Positions 15,401 to 30,100 of a DNA stretch of 64,000 bases are shown here, piece after piece (the first letter of the stretch is position 1; every line of letters begins with the position of its first letter). The stretch lies in the NCBI GenBank assembly GCA_964035545.1, contig OZ037766.1, positions 25,966,339 to 26,030,338 on the forward strand. The letters are read 5' to 3'. The position numbers were made by a program, and so were the translations under genes. The notes under the pieces are model-generated. The model was not told where the DNA came from, did no database searches, and was given only the letters and a program-made list of their open reading frames with translations. The DNA comes from Bugula neritina (taxonomy: Eukaryota > Animalia > Bryozoa).

Positions 15401-16182
15401 AGCAGTATTGCTACTATATTTTGGACTCACCAGTAGCACTGCCGTGTGACTATTAGTACTGTAGTTATTACTATCATCATACTTGCTACCGGCAGTATCA
15501 CACTATATTGGCATCATTTCATCATTCACTGCAGTGCTACTATGAGTAGCGATAATTTTTGATTGGCTATATTAATGATGACATCATCAAATGTACTTTT
15601 AAATCCAAAGGCTTCGTATAATGATTAGCCATGTGAGTTTTACCGTAATTAGTTATTTTTCACCATGATTACAGGAAACACTGTCTCAAGTAAAGCAGCT
15701 GATAAACTCTGTATCAACATTCTTACTGGAGGACTCTGACTCAGACTACTGTAGTCTGAGTGACGACGCGCTCCCCTCTGAGAGCGATTCAATTTGGTTT
15801 GTCACTCCTGAAGAAGCGGACAACTTACTGCATGGGCAGACAACTCCATTGTACCAAGCATTTATATCAAGGTTTGCTTCATCTCAATTACTTTAGCCAC
15901 AAATATATTAACCATAATATAATAACTATATAAGTAAGACAGCATTGCAAGTAAGTTATCAATTTTTAATTTTTTAGAAATTCCCCTTCCCAGGGTCCAG
16001 ATAGTGACTCTCCAAAGCCGAATCCCATAACAGAAGGTCCACTTGATTCGCCTGACGGCAGCTCACAGCAAACAGCTGATGGCTCTTCACCGAAGAAGCC
16101 GTTCAACCCTAGAGCTATGACTGCCAGAGTTCAAAGGAGACGAGTACGCAATGTTAGTGAGACTACCGACTCATCTGGCTAA
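460..16182 (+). CDS. PLP-dependent aminotransferase class V / cysteine desulfurase-like protein (SufS-related), ~683 aa, 16 coding exons
   Basis: Phase-consistent GT-AG exons: 460-495, 1496-1634, 3074-3104, 6313-6429, 6868-6988, 8976-9107, 9488-9663, 10239-10371, 12942-13052, 13139-13393, 13700-13758, 14290-14355, 14805-14916, 15203-15364, 15675-15871, 15978-16182 (2052 nt, ends TAA). The translation contains class-V motifs YLDYTASGR, YANTHT, FTGSGVTGAI, EHHSN, SNVTG, WDYA, SPHK (PLP lysine), EEGGTP, GIQTRGGCACAGPYG (catalytic Cys loop) and KPGFCRLN. Confidence 0.92.
515..715. repeat. 36-bp minisatellite (~5-6 degenerate copies) just downstream of the exon 1 donor
   Basis: Unit CTACATTTATACTGTATATTATAAGTATGTTTAACT; it explains the spurious repetitive ORF 445-804. 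Confidence 0.85.
886..965. repeat. (TAATGTAA)n 8-bp tandem repeat
   Basis: Seen directly in the sequence. Confidence 0.8.
2432..2600. repeat. 20-bp tandem repeat (~8 copies)
   Basis: Unit YTATACCTTACTTACTTATA repeated. Confidence 0.9.
5851..5906 (-). mobile_element. 5'-truncated 3' fragment of the same SINE family
   Basis: AAGCCTTACTAAGTTAATCATTATAAAAACTCACGAAAGTTTATAGTCACCATCTC is nearly identical to 7234-7289. A shorter fragment also occurs at ~26896-26925 (+). Confidence 0.7.
6389..6520 (+). repeat. 47-bp tandem triplication covering the exon 4 3' end and splice donor of gene 1
   Basis: Copies at 6389-6435, 6436-6482 and 6483-6520 of GTAACAGCTCGCCAAACCAG...CTAGGGAG.GAGCA.GGTAAGT. Confidence 0.85.
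7231..7444 (-). mobile_element. Second copy of the same SINE family, with an internal deletion in the tRNA head
   Basis: The reverse complement aligns to 18719-18936 (AAAAACTCACGCAAGTTTATAGTCAC, CTAAGGACTTATTCAGATG, GGATGCTCTTCC, CTGCTCC). Confidence 0.75.
10949..12288. mobile_element. Non-autonomous Tc1/mariner (pogo-like) DNA transposon / MITE, ~1.34 kb, in an intron of gene 1
   Basis: The left end TAGTAGAGGTAACGGGGGCACAACGG and the right end CCGTTGTG(C)14GTTACCTCTATTA are inverted repeats, flanked by TA on both sides. Internal GGGCACAATGGGCCA repeats occur near 11318, 11343 and 12052-12089. No transposase ORF. Confidence 0.8.
13990..14240. repeat. Degenerate (ATAAT)n pentamer satellite
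   Basis: Seen directly; it explains the spurious ORF 13943-14173. Confidence 0.85.
14547..14617 (-). mobile_element. tRNA-derived repeat / tRNA pseudogene (second family)
   Basis: The minus strand reads GCCCCTGTAGTGTAATGGTTAGCTCGCCTGCTTGCAAGCTGGAGGTCTTGGGTTCAAATCCCAGTGGGGCA: A box, B box and acceptor stem are present, the anticodon arm is imperfect. Homologous to 19044-19114. Confidence 0.6.
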
Positions 16183-16520
16183 CATTACTAACTCCTCGTA
16201 CGTCATTCTTTGTCTGCACACTATTTTATACAAATAGGTTGAGAAGACAATTTCGACCTCTTCCCCTTGTCTTCTGCTGAAGTATTGCTCAATACTAAAC
16301 TGCTTCAGCCTGTACAAATAGCTAATAAAATATTATCTCAGGATGTCTCAAGAGTTGAGGGTGACAAGTTTAAAGGGTTACTCCATGTTGTCATTCATAA
16401 GAAATACTGCTCCGTCCTTGTATACTATTAATTTACTATTTATAATGATTGATGGCCCTTTCACTGGCAGCAATATACAATATTAAAAGATTAATCATCT
16501 ATTAATAGTACATATATAAT

Positions 16521-16551
<31 letters not shown>

Positions 16552-16621
16552 TTATATATATTGCTAGGTTGAGGAAACCAATGATTTCTCCCCTTTATAT
16601 TTTTAAATTATAACATTAAAC

Positions 16622-16634
16622 TTTATTAAATAAA
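16622..16634. terminator. Back-to-back polyadenylation signals between convergent gene 1 and CPLANE2
   Basis: TTTATT (AATAAA on -) at 16622-16627 and AATAAA (+) at 16629-16634. Another + strand AATAAA lies at 16324. Confidence 0.35.
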
Positions 16635-16954
16635 TATGAAATATACCATACAAATTCGAGATACAAAAATTATTTTTTCAAGAGAAATGTTTGAATGTAT
16701 GATGGCAACATTGTTCTACATATTATATACATGACCTCAGTTTTACTGCAATAATAAATATGCAAATAAATGTTTATATTCCACAAAATATTTACATTGC
16801 TATATACGTAAGAGTAATTAGTTGTGAGTTATAATTAAAAGTCATAGCTCCTGGTATAAGGGTTATTATCTAAATGAATTTGATAATTGACATGCGATGG
16901 GATAGGGTCGTAAGATGCCCCCTTATCTAATTCAATGTGTGACAGAGATAACAA

Positions 16955-19835
<2,881 letters not shown>

Positions 19836-21134
19836 TGTGTCTAATTCAACTAAAAAACTTACAGAATGAACAAAATTGTCAACTGTCTAATGCCAAACAC
19901 GAGTTATTAACTTATAATTATTTCAAAAGTATATGTAGCAGTTCATAATGCTTCTTTATATCATCATGGTCGTAGATTTTTTAATAACATTGCAGATTAA
20001 GATACTGATACTAGTGCTGATAGATCATGTTGAGAGTTGTTAAATCACTGATACATAGTCCCAACAAACAGTGTTGACCCAACATCATTATCATTCATAA
20101 TTATCAATATCACTATGAATATGATTATTTGCTATGTAGCATATCCACTACTATCGTAACAAATAAATATTTAATTTTAGTTATTAGTCATTTAGTGAGA
20201 GTAAAATAGAATCCAATACTTCAACTTTAAGTGAATCAATTGATGAATTACAATACTATTAGTATTAGTATTACTAATAGAGCTTTTAATCTAATTCTTA
20301 TAGTTATAGTTAGTACTACTACTACTATTACTACATCTACTCTTAGTCATAGTATTAGTACTTTTACAACTACAAATAGAAACTTGAAGAGTTGAACTAG
20401 ACTAAAATTATATTATTGCTTTTTTTTTTAACAAGGTCACAATCATAATGATAATTGTTTACTGTCCTCTATAAATATTAACTGTCCTAACATATATAGT
20501 ATATAGAATTGCAAAATCATAATTAATTTTGATGAATTAGTGAAACTGAATGTGTAGACTTTCAATATAGTGAGTTTCAGCTTTGCTCCATAGGCATATG
20601 CATATGCTTGGAGCAATAAAACAATTACTTTTTATAGCCGCTGCTTTAGAAACCAGTATACAATTGTGAAAAAAATAATAAATTGATCGGTCAAAAGAAA
20701 CTTCATTACGTTACGAGAAGACAACTGCTGTAATTGTAAACTTCAGGAAGTTGAACTGTGCAATAACCAAGAAAGCAATGTTCATAAATCATATTATTAT
20801 TTTAAATAAATGAAAATAGAATAAATGACATTAAGTATCATACAAGAATTTTTATTGACAAAAAATAAAAATATCTTGGGGCAAATAACCATAAATTGGT
20901 TTTGAACACTACTACACAATATCACAGTCAACTTTACACAAGCCTAATTACTAACAGTGGTGACAATAAAATGGCTATAGTAAAAAATATGACACACAAA
21001 AAGAAGTTGCAATTTATAACTGCAGGAATTAAATAAAACAGATAAATAGTACAATATAGCAACACATCAAACGCACTGATTTACACATTACAATAACTAT
21101 CTTATTGCAATACTAGTACACGCAGTAACTCGAG

Positions 21135-24100
21135 TTATTTTTTCGTTCTGTTCTGAAGTTGGCTACTATATTCTTTACGCCTGACTTGTACATCTGCTCT
21201 ACGCTGTTCTCGCTCTTTAAACAACTTTTTTTGCTTCACCTCTGCCAACTGGTTGTATAAACTAGAAAAACAATACATGCAATCAGCCCCAGATGGCACA
21301 TAACACTGTCATCCACCTATACTGTGTTTAAATTGCTTATTGGCTATTGCACGCACCACTTCTAGAGTGTTTATTACATAGAGCATTTAATTTTAAGCAT
21401 TTCACACTTGAAGCATTATATTCTATAAATGTGGCTCCATAATATGTATGAGCTCTTTCTGTTCAGTGCTCACAGCAAAGCCTATGGAAATCTGTCCCTT
21501 TTTATTCTTTACTTTACTACATCAACACCCTATTAATCAACCCATGGGCATAATTCTCTCAAAGCTATCATTATTGGGACGTAAGGTGTTTATAGAATGA
21601 AAATCTAGACTTTGCTACAGAAACAATTTGCATTACGCTGGCATGCAGTAAATAGGAATGTTTGTGTAGCAGTGTTCCAATAACTTTTAAAACAAAAAGA
21701 AGATAACTTTTGCATTGTATCACCGAGGTGATTATCATGACGCAACTTTCCAGCAAATGCTCAATGCTGTTCATAATAAATCATAAAAATAAAACAAATT
21801 GAAATAAATTTAAAAAATATCATTTTTACCATGTTTGAGAAAAATTCGATTATTTTAAATTTTTTTGCACAATGTTTATGTGGTGTGAAAAGATTTAAGT
21901 TGTAGCAATGATAATGAAATATTTGAAGATAAAACTGATATGATCACCTTTGAGGGTAGATCACCTTCAAAAGTCCTTAAATTTAAATTGGAGCAAAGCG
22001 CATACGAGTAGAGATACTATTGACGTAATTACACAACCAATCAGATACACAGGCTAATTGCTAAGACAGAATGTATGCACACCGCTGGCAGGAAGTGAAC
22101 TATTATATTTATCTACCGCTGAGTTCGTTCTGCAGATTCTCTTTGTTGTCGTCTCCTAGCAACAATATCAACATCAACTGTCTTTCGCCTCACAGCTGGC
22201 AATTCTAAATAACAAATACAACTATATACCTAAAGTTACAAGTCTGTAGAAGATGATTTCCAACTAAGCCTGTGCTCTACTATTTATAGTACATTAAAAT
22301 TGTAGTAATTATCAATTAACTAATCAATTATAAATTTTTAGTGATAATGCGCTTAGTGCTATTTCAATTTGCATGGTTCCATTACATACATTAGCATTTT
22401 AATTGATTGAACAATTAATGACAGTTATACTTATGACTTTCTAATATATTACTGCGTCGTTCAATTGTAATTACCACTTCACTACCGACATGTGTGTGAA
22501 GTGTACTTTACGCAATTTTCAAACAGGTAAAACTATATTATATATAAATTTTATTATGACTGTTTCTTTTCAACTATTAAACTTGATTTATTTTTACCAA
22601 CATACTAGAAACGTACATATAACTACATTTTTTATCCACTAACATGCATTGCCGTAATAGCAGATACTAAAATCTTACAAATATATTTACTTTGTAATAT
22701 ATATTATAATTGGCTTCCGAATGGGTGATTTTTGAATGCTTCTACTAAGATACAAAAACATGAAAATGTAGAGCTAAACTCACCCCTGCCTCAAACTGAT
22801 ACAGTCTACAATTAGAACCAGTTCGGATAATCACACTAAAAGCTTTATGTGAATGTGAAATCACCTCTTGCGCTGTCTTCCGATACCCATTCCACTTGAC
22901 TAGATAGTCTAGAAGGTTCAGGAAGCTGAGAAGGTCCAGCAGAAAATTCGGGCTGCTCAGGTAAGCCTCCCGCCACATCACCAACTGTCATCTCAGGATC
23001 CAAGGCAATACTCCGATCACCAACTGTACTGGCAAATGTTATTTCTGGCTCATCGAGCACACCAAGCTCCTCCTACATGAACACACATTAGAACCTTCAA
23101 AGCAAGTGAGCTTCACACGAACAAAAGTAAACAGGATGGAGGTAGCAGTGAAATTACAACTGTACAGAAATCAAAACTGAATAATGCACCAGCCATGATA
23201 TTTGTATTGCTAGTGATTAGCAATCTGGCCATTGCGTTCCTCTATCACTAGAGTTATTTTCTCATGTATTACACTCTTCTGTCACTAGAGTTATCTTCTC
23301 ATGTATTACAATTCTAGAGTTATGTAAGGTAGGTTTCGGTGCAAGTGGTACAAGTTTCCCTGCTTAAGGAAAGTATATATTGTGTACATGCATAGCAATA
23401 TATTTATGGTTCTATAAGCATGTAGTTGTAATGAAACGAGATGCAAAACAATTTACCTGTTTACTTGGAAGCTGTGAGTCAGGGTTTCCTTTTACAGGAG
23501 TTGAATTATAGTTCACAGACCCTGCATTTAAACCATTTATTATAGAACAAGCAGTAATATAATGTTATCATATTATAGTCTAAACAAGATTATAATATTA
23601 TTATATTACTGTTTAGTCAACTCAGGTTTAGACTAGTAAACACTTTATTCAACATGACTTCAAACCAGCTCTAGTGTTTCCTATAGAAGTCAAGTCCTAA
23701 TAGGAGTTTGAATTGTAATTTTCCATTAAAAGAACTTAATTTAGCTAAAAGTTTACCAAAATTTTTTTACATCAAGTATATTAACCTCTCTTTCACAAAT
23801 AGATTGTTATCCAGTAAGTGAAATCCATAAAATCAGATAAACTCAGAGAGTATTTTATCCTACAAGAGTTAGCACACTATTACCTTCATCAATGGTCTGG
23901 TGAAGATTGAGATGCAGTGACTTCATGGGAGAGTCCAGAGATGCTGAAATGGGACCAAAATAAATTTGAAATTTGTTCATTTCTGAATGAATAACAAAAG
24001 AGGAGAAAATATCAAAATGAAGTCATTTTACAATTAATCCAATAATTTAAATACAATCAAATTTGAAACATGTTGCTATTATGAATAGGAAGTTTTATGC

Positions 24101-27100
24101 CTAATAAGATACCACATCTAAACCAGTACTAACCAATTGAAGAGTTGGTACTGAGCTGAAGTGTTTTCATAGTAACTAAGCTTTCCTCTGATTGGATGAT
24201 ACTAATAGCTGTGTTATTATCAGCCGTCTGCGTAAGCTCACTCCTGTCCTTGCTGACAGAAGATGTGTCGGATTCCTGAGACATACTGGCCAGGTCATCG
24301 CTGCCGCTGACCTCTTTATTGATCTTATCAGCTTCTCTACTCCCTGCAGCTGTTCTATGCTCTCTACTGCCTACACTGAGTTCTCTAGCAGCTCTACTAT
24401 GCTCTCTACTGCCTACACTGACTTCTCTAGCAGCTGTACTATGTTCTCTACTGCCTAAACTGATTTCTCCAGTAGCTCCACTACGCTCTCTATCACCACT
24501 ACTGACGCTTGTACCTACAGCACCATCTCCACCAACTTTACCACTCTCTATCCTACCAGCTCCCTCAATAATACAACTCTTTATAGAATCCTCAGCCAGA
24601 TTACTAGACACCTTGTCATCTTTCACATCATGCGGTACATCCTCTGACGCTCCGTCACTACTAGTACGGGAGGTGGGGGACTTACTGACACGTTCGACAT
24701 CACGACCTTCTGAACTTGTTTCGCTGACGCTACTCACTCCTTGCAGCAGCTCCTCTAAGTTATATAACCTTGGCGAACTGCCAACTATGGAGTTAGACTC
24801 GGTGCCTAAATACAGGCAGAAAGAGAGAGTTAAGGCAGCAATAAGACGTAACAGCATTCAGCTCCAGAATCAGATAAGTAGAGGTTATTATATAGCAATA
24901 CTATTGACTAACAGTAGCATTACAGAAGTTTAATATCAGGACTATTGTAAACTGATGAACAACCCAATGCTTATTCATATGCATTATCACCTTAAATAAT
25001 CTAAATATAACAAATTGAAGGTAAAGCCATTTGCATTTAAATAAATCTATGAGTAAAAGTAGGAAGTACTCAAACAAGGTAAAATATGAACAACTCCACA
25101 CAAATCTATGAAAAGATGAGGATGCAGTAAGAGCATATTCAGGCAAGATTTGAGTAGAAAAAACGACAAACAGAATTTGGCTGTTAGCTGCCACATGAGT
25201 TACAACTTGCGTTGTGAGTGACTTCAATACCTGCATTAGCTATGTCAGCGTACAGCTGCCGCAGTTTATCAGAAGAGCTGTCGGATGACGAGAATTGCTG
25301 CGAGAGGGGTACAGGTTTGGGTCGTTGGATCCACTCCTGGTTACTCTGGTGAATGTTCTTAGTTAGTGTATCACCACTAGGAGTGGATTCACGACTTTCA
25401 TTAGACGACAGGGGGGCAGATATGAGTATATCCCCTGCAAAACAACAGTTATATAACTACTTACAGGGTATGGTGCAATAGTATGGCATACGTATTTACG
25501 GTGTACTTACAACACACCATATAGTCAATGTACACTATATAATATAGTAATACCTACACATAGTTATACCTACAGAGTAGCTATCCATTACATTATATAT
25601 TAGAGTACATAGTTTCATACGTTTACAGATAGTCTCATGTTGAGAATACAAAGTGACATACAAGGTTAAAGGATTGCTCTATCTTGTCTAATAAATGGCC
25701 ATTTAGGTCAAACACACATAATATTGTGTTTTTCTAAGCATGCATTGACAAAAAGCATTTGACCAAAGGTAGAAAAAGTTAGTTGAAGTTGAGGGTGTAG
25801 ATTGGTAACAGCCAAAACGCCGATTTTGAAATGAGCTGGGAAATGTGACGTAACAGCGCCAGCATTCCTGCTGGTCACGTGACTATACAAATGAATAACT
25901 ATAGAAATATGACTGTGAGATGTAATCTTTTAGCTTGTAATTTGTATATTTATAGAAGTGCAAATGTGAATTATCTCAACCTATAGTTTTTTGACATTTT
26001 AAATAACATGTATGTGATAGCATTAGGCTATATTTTGCTTGTAAACATTAGAAAAAGCCTTGCAAAAACATGCATTCTTTAGGATGAATGCCTGCGATCG
26101 ATCTAAACTAGGTCAGATTGTGCAATATTACGGGCACACCAAAGCTGACCTATATAGCGCACTGTAACTGCTTGAGCGTTATTGGTTGATGTTGCGCTCA
26201 GCAACCTTGAATACTAGCGTTATAGTTAGCACGTGCAGCATAGTTACTGGCGTTCACACGTCACGTTTTAGGCTCTTCTTTTTCATGGCTGAAAATTTTA
26301 CCTCCCTCAGAATTGGAACTTTGAAAAGCTGTTTTCTAGGCACATATCCCTTTGCAAAGCCACAATTGTTTGCATACACATTAGATTATAGTTCATAATT
26401 ATAATGTGATTGTAATAAACTAAGATTGAGCAATCCTTTAATAATAAATTAGAGTATCTTCTTGCAATACACAATAAATATAATATAAAGAAAGCCATGA
26501 TGCATGTTCCTTGAACAGTACAACTTCACCTTCTACATGTGATTAGAAAATACAGGTATAACAGAGAGATTTACCTGCCGAATCGGATGAGTACAGGTCT
26601 AATACGGGAATACTTCTGTCAGCGTTACGTGCTGCCTTATCTTCAGTCTCATCTAGCAGCGTAGTCAACTTCTCCTTGTCCAGGAAGCTGCAGTTGTTAA
26701 TAGAAATAGTCCAGTACAATCAACATCTAGGAGGTATGTGGTGTGTGACAGAGTATGCAAGCTCTATGTAACGTAACTGTGCACTATTGTTACTCTCTAA
26801 GTGACCACTGATCAGAGTGTAAAATATTCCACATAAAACATGTTAAGAAAAATACATATTTGTTTGATATAAAAATATTCAGAATAATAATAGTTATAGT
26901 GACTATAAACTTGAGTTTTTATTTTATAAGAGCATTTTCAGTATCCATTATTTTAAACAAGTTATACAAACACTACACAGTATGCTTTAGAAACTGACCT
27001 TTGTCTTTGCACTCTCCTTTCTTCCAACTGAGTGAGAAGTTGGTTCAACACCTTCAATCGCTCCTGGTCAGGGGGTGGGGCAGAGAGTGTTGGGGTGCCT

Positions 27101-30100
27101 GTCTGCACGTCCCGTACCGGAGGCATTTGAGTAGAAAGAATATCTTCCTCAGCATCAACCTGTGAAATCAACAATTCAGACCTCAAGTTTATACAATATA
27201 TCACACACCCTACATCAACTCTATCCAGAATCCTAACATCAGAGTTTAAAGGCTTTTGATTTGCTGTAAATACTCACTCAGGTTTTTGCACACAAAAATT
27301 ACAGTTCAAATTAAAATATTTTTTCTATAACTGCGTTGAAAACTGTGTCAATTATTTTCTGTATATAAAATCTACCTGACTATATAGAATAAGCGAGTAA
27401 AGAGTTAATTTATATGATATGTCAAAAACATTTTGGAGATAGTGGGGCTTGGGCTCTAAAGAACTTAGAGTAAACTTTGAACCCTTAAGAGAAAATAGCA
27501 AACTATTCAACAACAATCTCACCCTATGAGTGACAAGCTTCTACATAAAGGTGTGACTAAAGCAGGTCGCAGGCGAATATCTTTACTCATCACTCTAGTC
27601 CACCCTATAGTTGTGATTACTCATGTTTTATCTGCACATTATCTTACCTGCGCATTCTGGTTGGTGTTTGTTGGCTCGGTAGTTGTCTTTTCTTTCACAC
27701 CTGAACGCTCAGAGGTAATCATACTCGGTGTGACCGAATCCAGCTCAACAATAGACCTGTTAAAACAGAAGTGAAGACATACAAGCAACACGCAAAGGGC
27801 ATGCTAGAATTGGCAAATGCTAAGAAAATGCTAGAATTGTCAACTGCTATGAAAATTAACTTTGTCACTTGCCAATTGTCACAGATAACAAAAACAGCAT
27901 CAGGCAATGACAAGTACCGTGTCATTGCTCAGTACTATTAGAGCGATATGAGAGTATACATATAAGTGGAGGTACGACAACTCCAACTCACCTGGACACA
28001 CTGCCTCTTGGGTTGCTAAGGTTAGCTAGAGATTGCATCAATGAGCTCTCCTCATGGGTATTCAGATGGGTGGGCGTGTCCACTTCCTGTATTATACTCA
28101 ACTCATGTAGGTCAAGGTCAACTAGACCAGGTTGGAAGGTTACGGGAGGTCTTGTGCTTCCTACAGAGCAATCAAAGATCTTCAAAAGTAAAGCAGCAGC
28201 ACACTGGCAACGTTGGAGTTAAACATGGCTGACTCTATGTAACAAAACTGGCTTAAAGTACAGTCAATATAATATTTACATAGAAATAACATGTGTATAC
28301 AAACTAATTGCATAGCAGTAGCTACTGATATTCAGGATTTATAAACTTTGCTAGTCATTGAATATAAGATTTGCGTCCTCTTCTTGAGAAAACAACTCCT
28401 ACATACTTGACCAGTGACTATACTACTTCACACATTTATGTTACTGTAGTGGATATGCAACCAAATAAATCAAGACTGTGGAGCTGGTAATCATCAAAAC
28501 CAGATTTACAAAATATGGAGGCAAGTAACTAAGAAAGTAACTAGATCTATGCTGCTGGTAGCCATAGAAACCGGTAACCATAGAAAATGGTAAGCATAGA
28601 GACTGTAACTGTGGAAACCGGTAAGTATAGAGACATACTGTTGGGAGTAAAATAATCTCCATCTAGTTCACCAACTGCATCTCCCAAGACTCTACCCAAA
28701 CCATCTTGAGTAGCATTTAAATTTTCGAGTCTAGAGGGAGCTAGCAGCTTTCGTTTCTGCTCTTGAATTTCAGCTAACTGCTTGCGCAATTCTTCCTGTC
28801 TCCTGCAATGAGGTCATGATTATTAAAACATTGTGAGAATTCTAACTGAATTACAAATAATTGGTTGGTGGTAAAATTTAAGACTGTGATTGCTTTGTTC
28901 CAGCTTTCATTAATTAACCTAAAACTAACATTTATGTTCTAACAACGAGGTTGATTATTAAAACTCCAACATAACTTTACCTATTGAACTCTTGCTGCCT
29001 AGCCAGCATTTGCTGATGCACCACCGACCAGCCAATAGGATCTGGTTGCGAATTTAGAGCAGACCTTCCAGAAGGTTCTACTTGTGAAGGAGCAGACGAT
29101 CTCCCAGAAAGCTCCACTAGAGGAGATACTGAAGGTCTTGCCAAAGTATTCACTACTGAAGTAGGTGTGGATGGGAAATACTGAGATGTCAAGGTACCAA
29201 TAGATGATGGAGGTTGAGTCCGAGGTCCAGGAGGAAGCAGTGAGTATGTGGAAGACAGGTTACCAGAGAGGGAGGAGCTGACACCACCCTCACTAGTATA
29301 TGGAACTAAGTCTTTGTGCCTTTCAGCAGATATTCTCTGAGAACTCAAAACATCTCCCCACGTTGGTTTCTGAGATCCCGGCCTAAGCAAAAAACTAATC
29401 TCTGAACATTGCGTAATCAGCCATTTTAGAATAATAACTTATTCTACATCACCATGAGGAGGCTACGTATATATTCAACTACAGTACCTCATTATGCATA
29501 AACTAGATACTGGTGTTTTCAAGGATTTGTGGGCAAGTTTGCAGAAATAAAAAATACCTGTCACTGCTTTGAGTAGAAGATTGCGGAATATCCATTAGCA
29601 AACTTTCTCTTTCGACCACCGGCATGTACGAGGGCTGTGGATGCACAGATATTTTAGACTGTGATTGGGCGAGTGGTTGTGAATGTAATTGTGATTGGAC
29701 AATTGGCTGCATCTGAGATGAAGCTGTATCTTGAATAAAATGTTCATCTCTCGTTGATGACATCATTTCCTGAAGCCTCTGTAAGGTTCTGGAATGTTCT
29801 GCTAGATCATCACGGAGCTTCTCTGCATTTCTCAGTTCTAGATAAAATGTACATTACACAGTAACAATTTTAGGCAAGTGACAGTGGCTGCAAGTGGCAG
29901 AAGGTGATTGCAGTTCTGATGTTTGGAAAAATCACTTGACAGCAACTGTACAAAATGTCAACTCATATTTAAATTTGATAGTTTTTAAAAATAGAACAAG
30001 TATATTAGACAAATTCCAACATTACCTGGTATTTCACTACTGACTGAATCAACTAAGGGGGCTCTCATTAAACGTTCCCTCTCTGACACTGAAACAAATC

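Noticed and set aside
460-16182. Bacterial contamination or recent HGT of the desulfurase-like gene
   Set aside because: It has 15 spliceosomal introns containing host repeats and is flanked by metazoan genes.
16183-16620. SECIS element in the gene 1 3' UTR
   Set aside because: No in-frame TGA in the CDS and no convincing AUGA/AA/GA stem-loop.
20709-20725. GTTACGAGAAGACAAC as an X-box upstream of CPLANE2
   Set aside because: Half-site spacing and sequence deviate too far from the RFX consensus.
22784-22805. Possible 22-nt micro-exon in CEP295 with a good GTGAGT donor
   Set aside because: Including it shifts the frame relative to the downstream ALMS-motif exons; the model is in frame without it.
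24319-24933. 204-aa Leu/Ser-rich + strand ORF (also 24192-24458)
   Set aside because: Antisense shadow of the large CEP295 exon 24134-24805; no independent gene signals.
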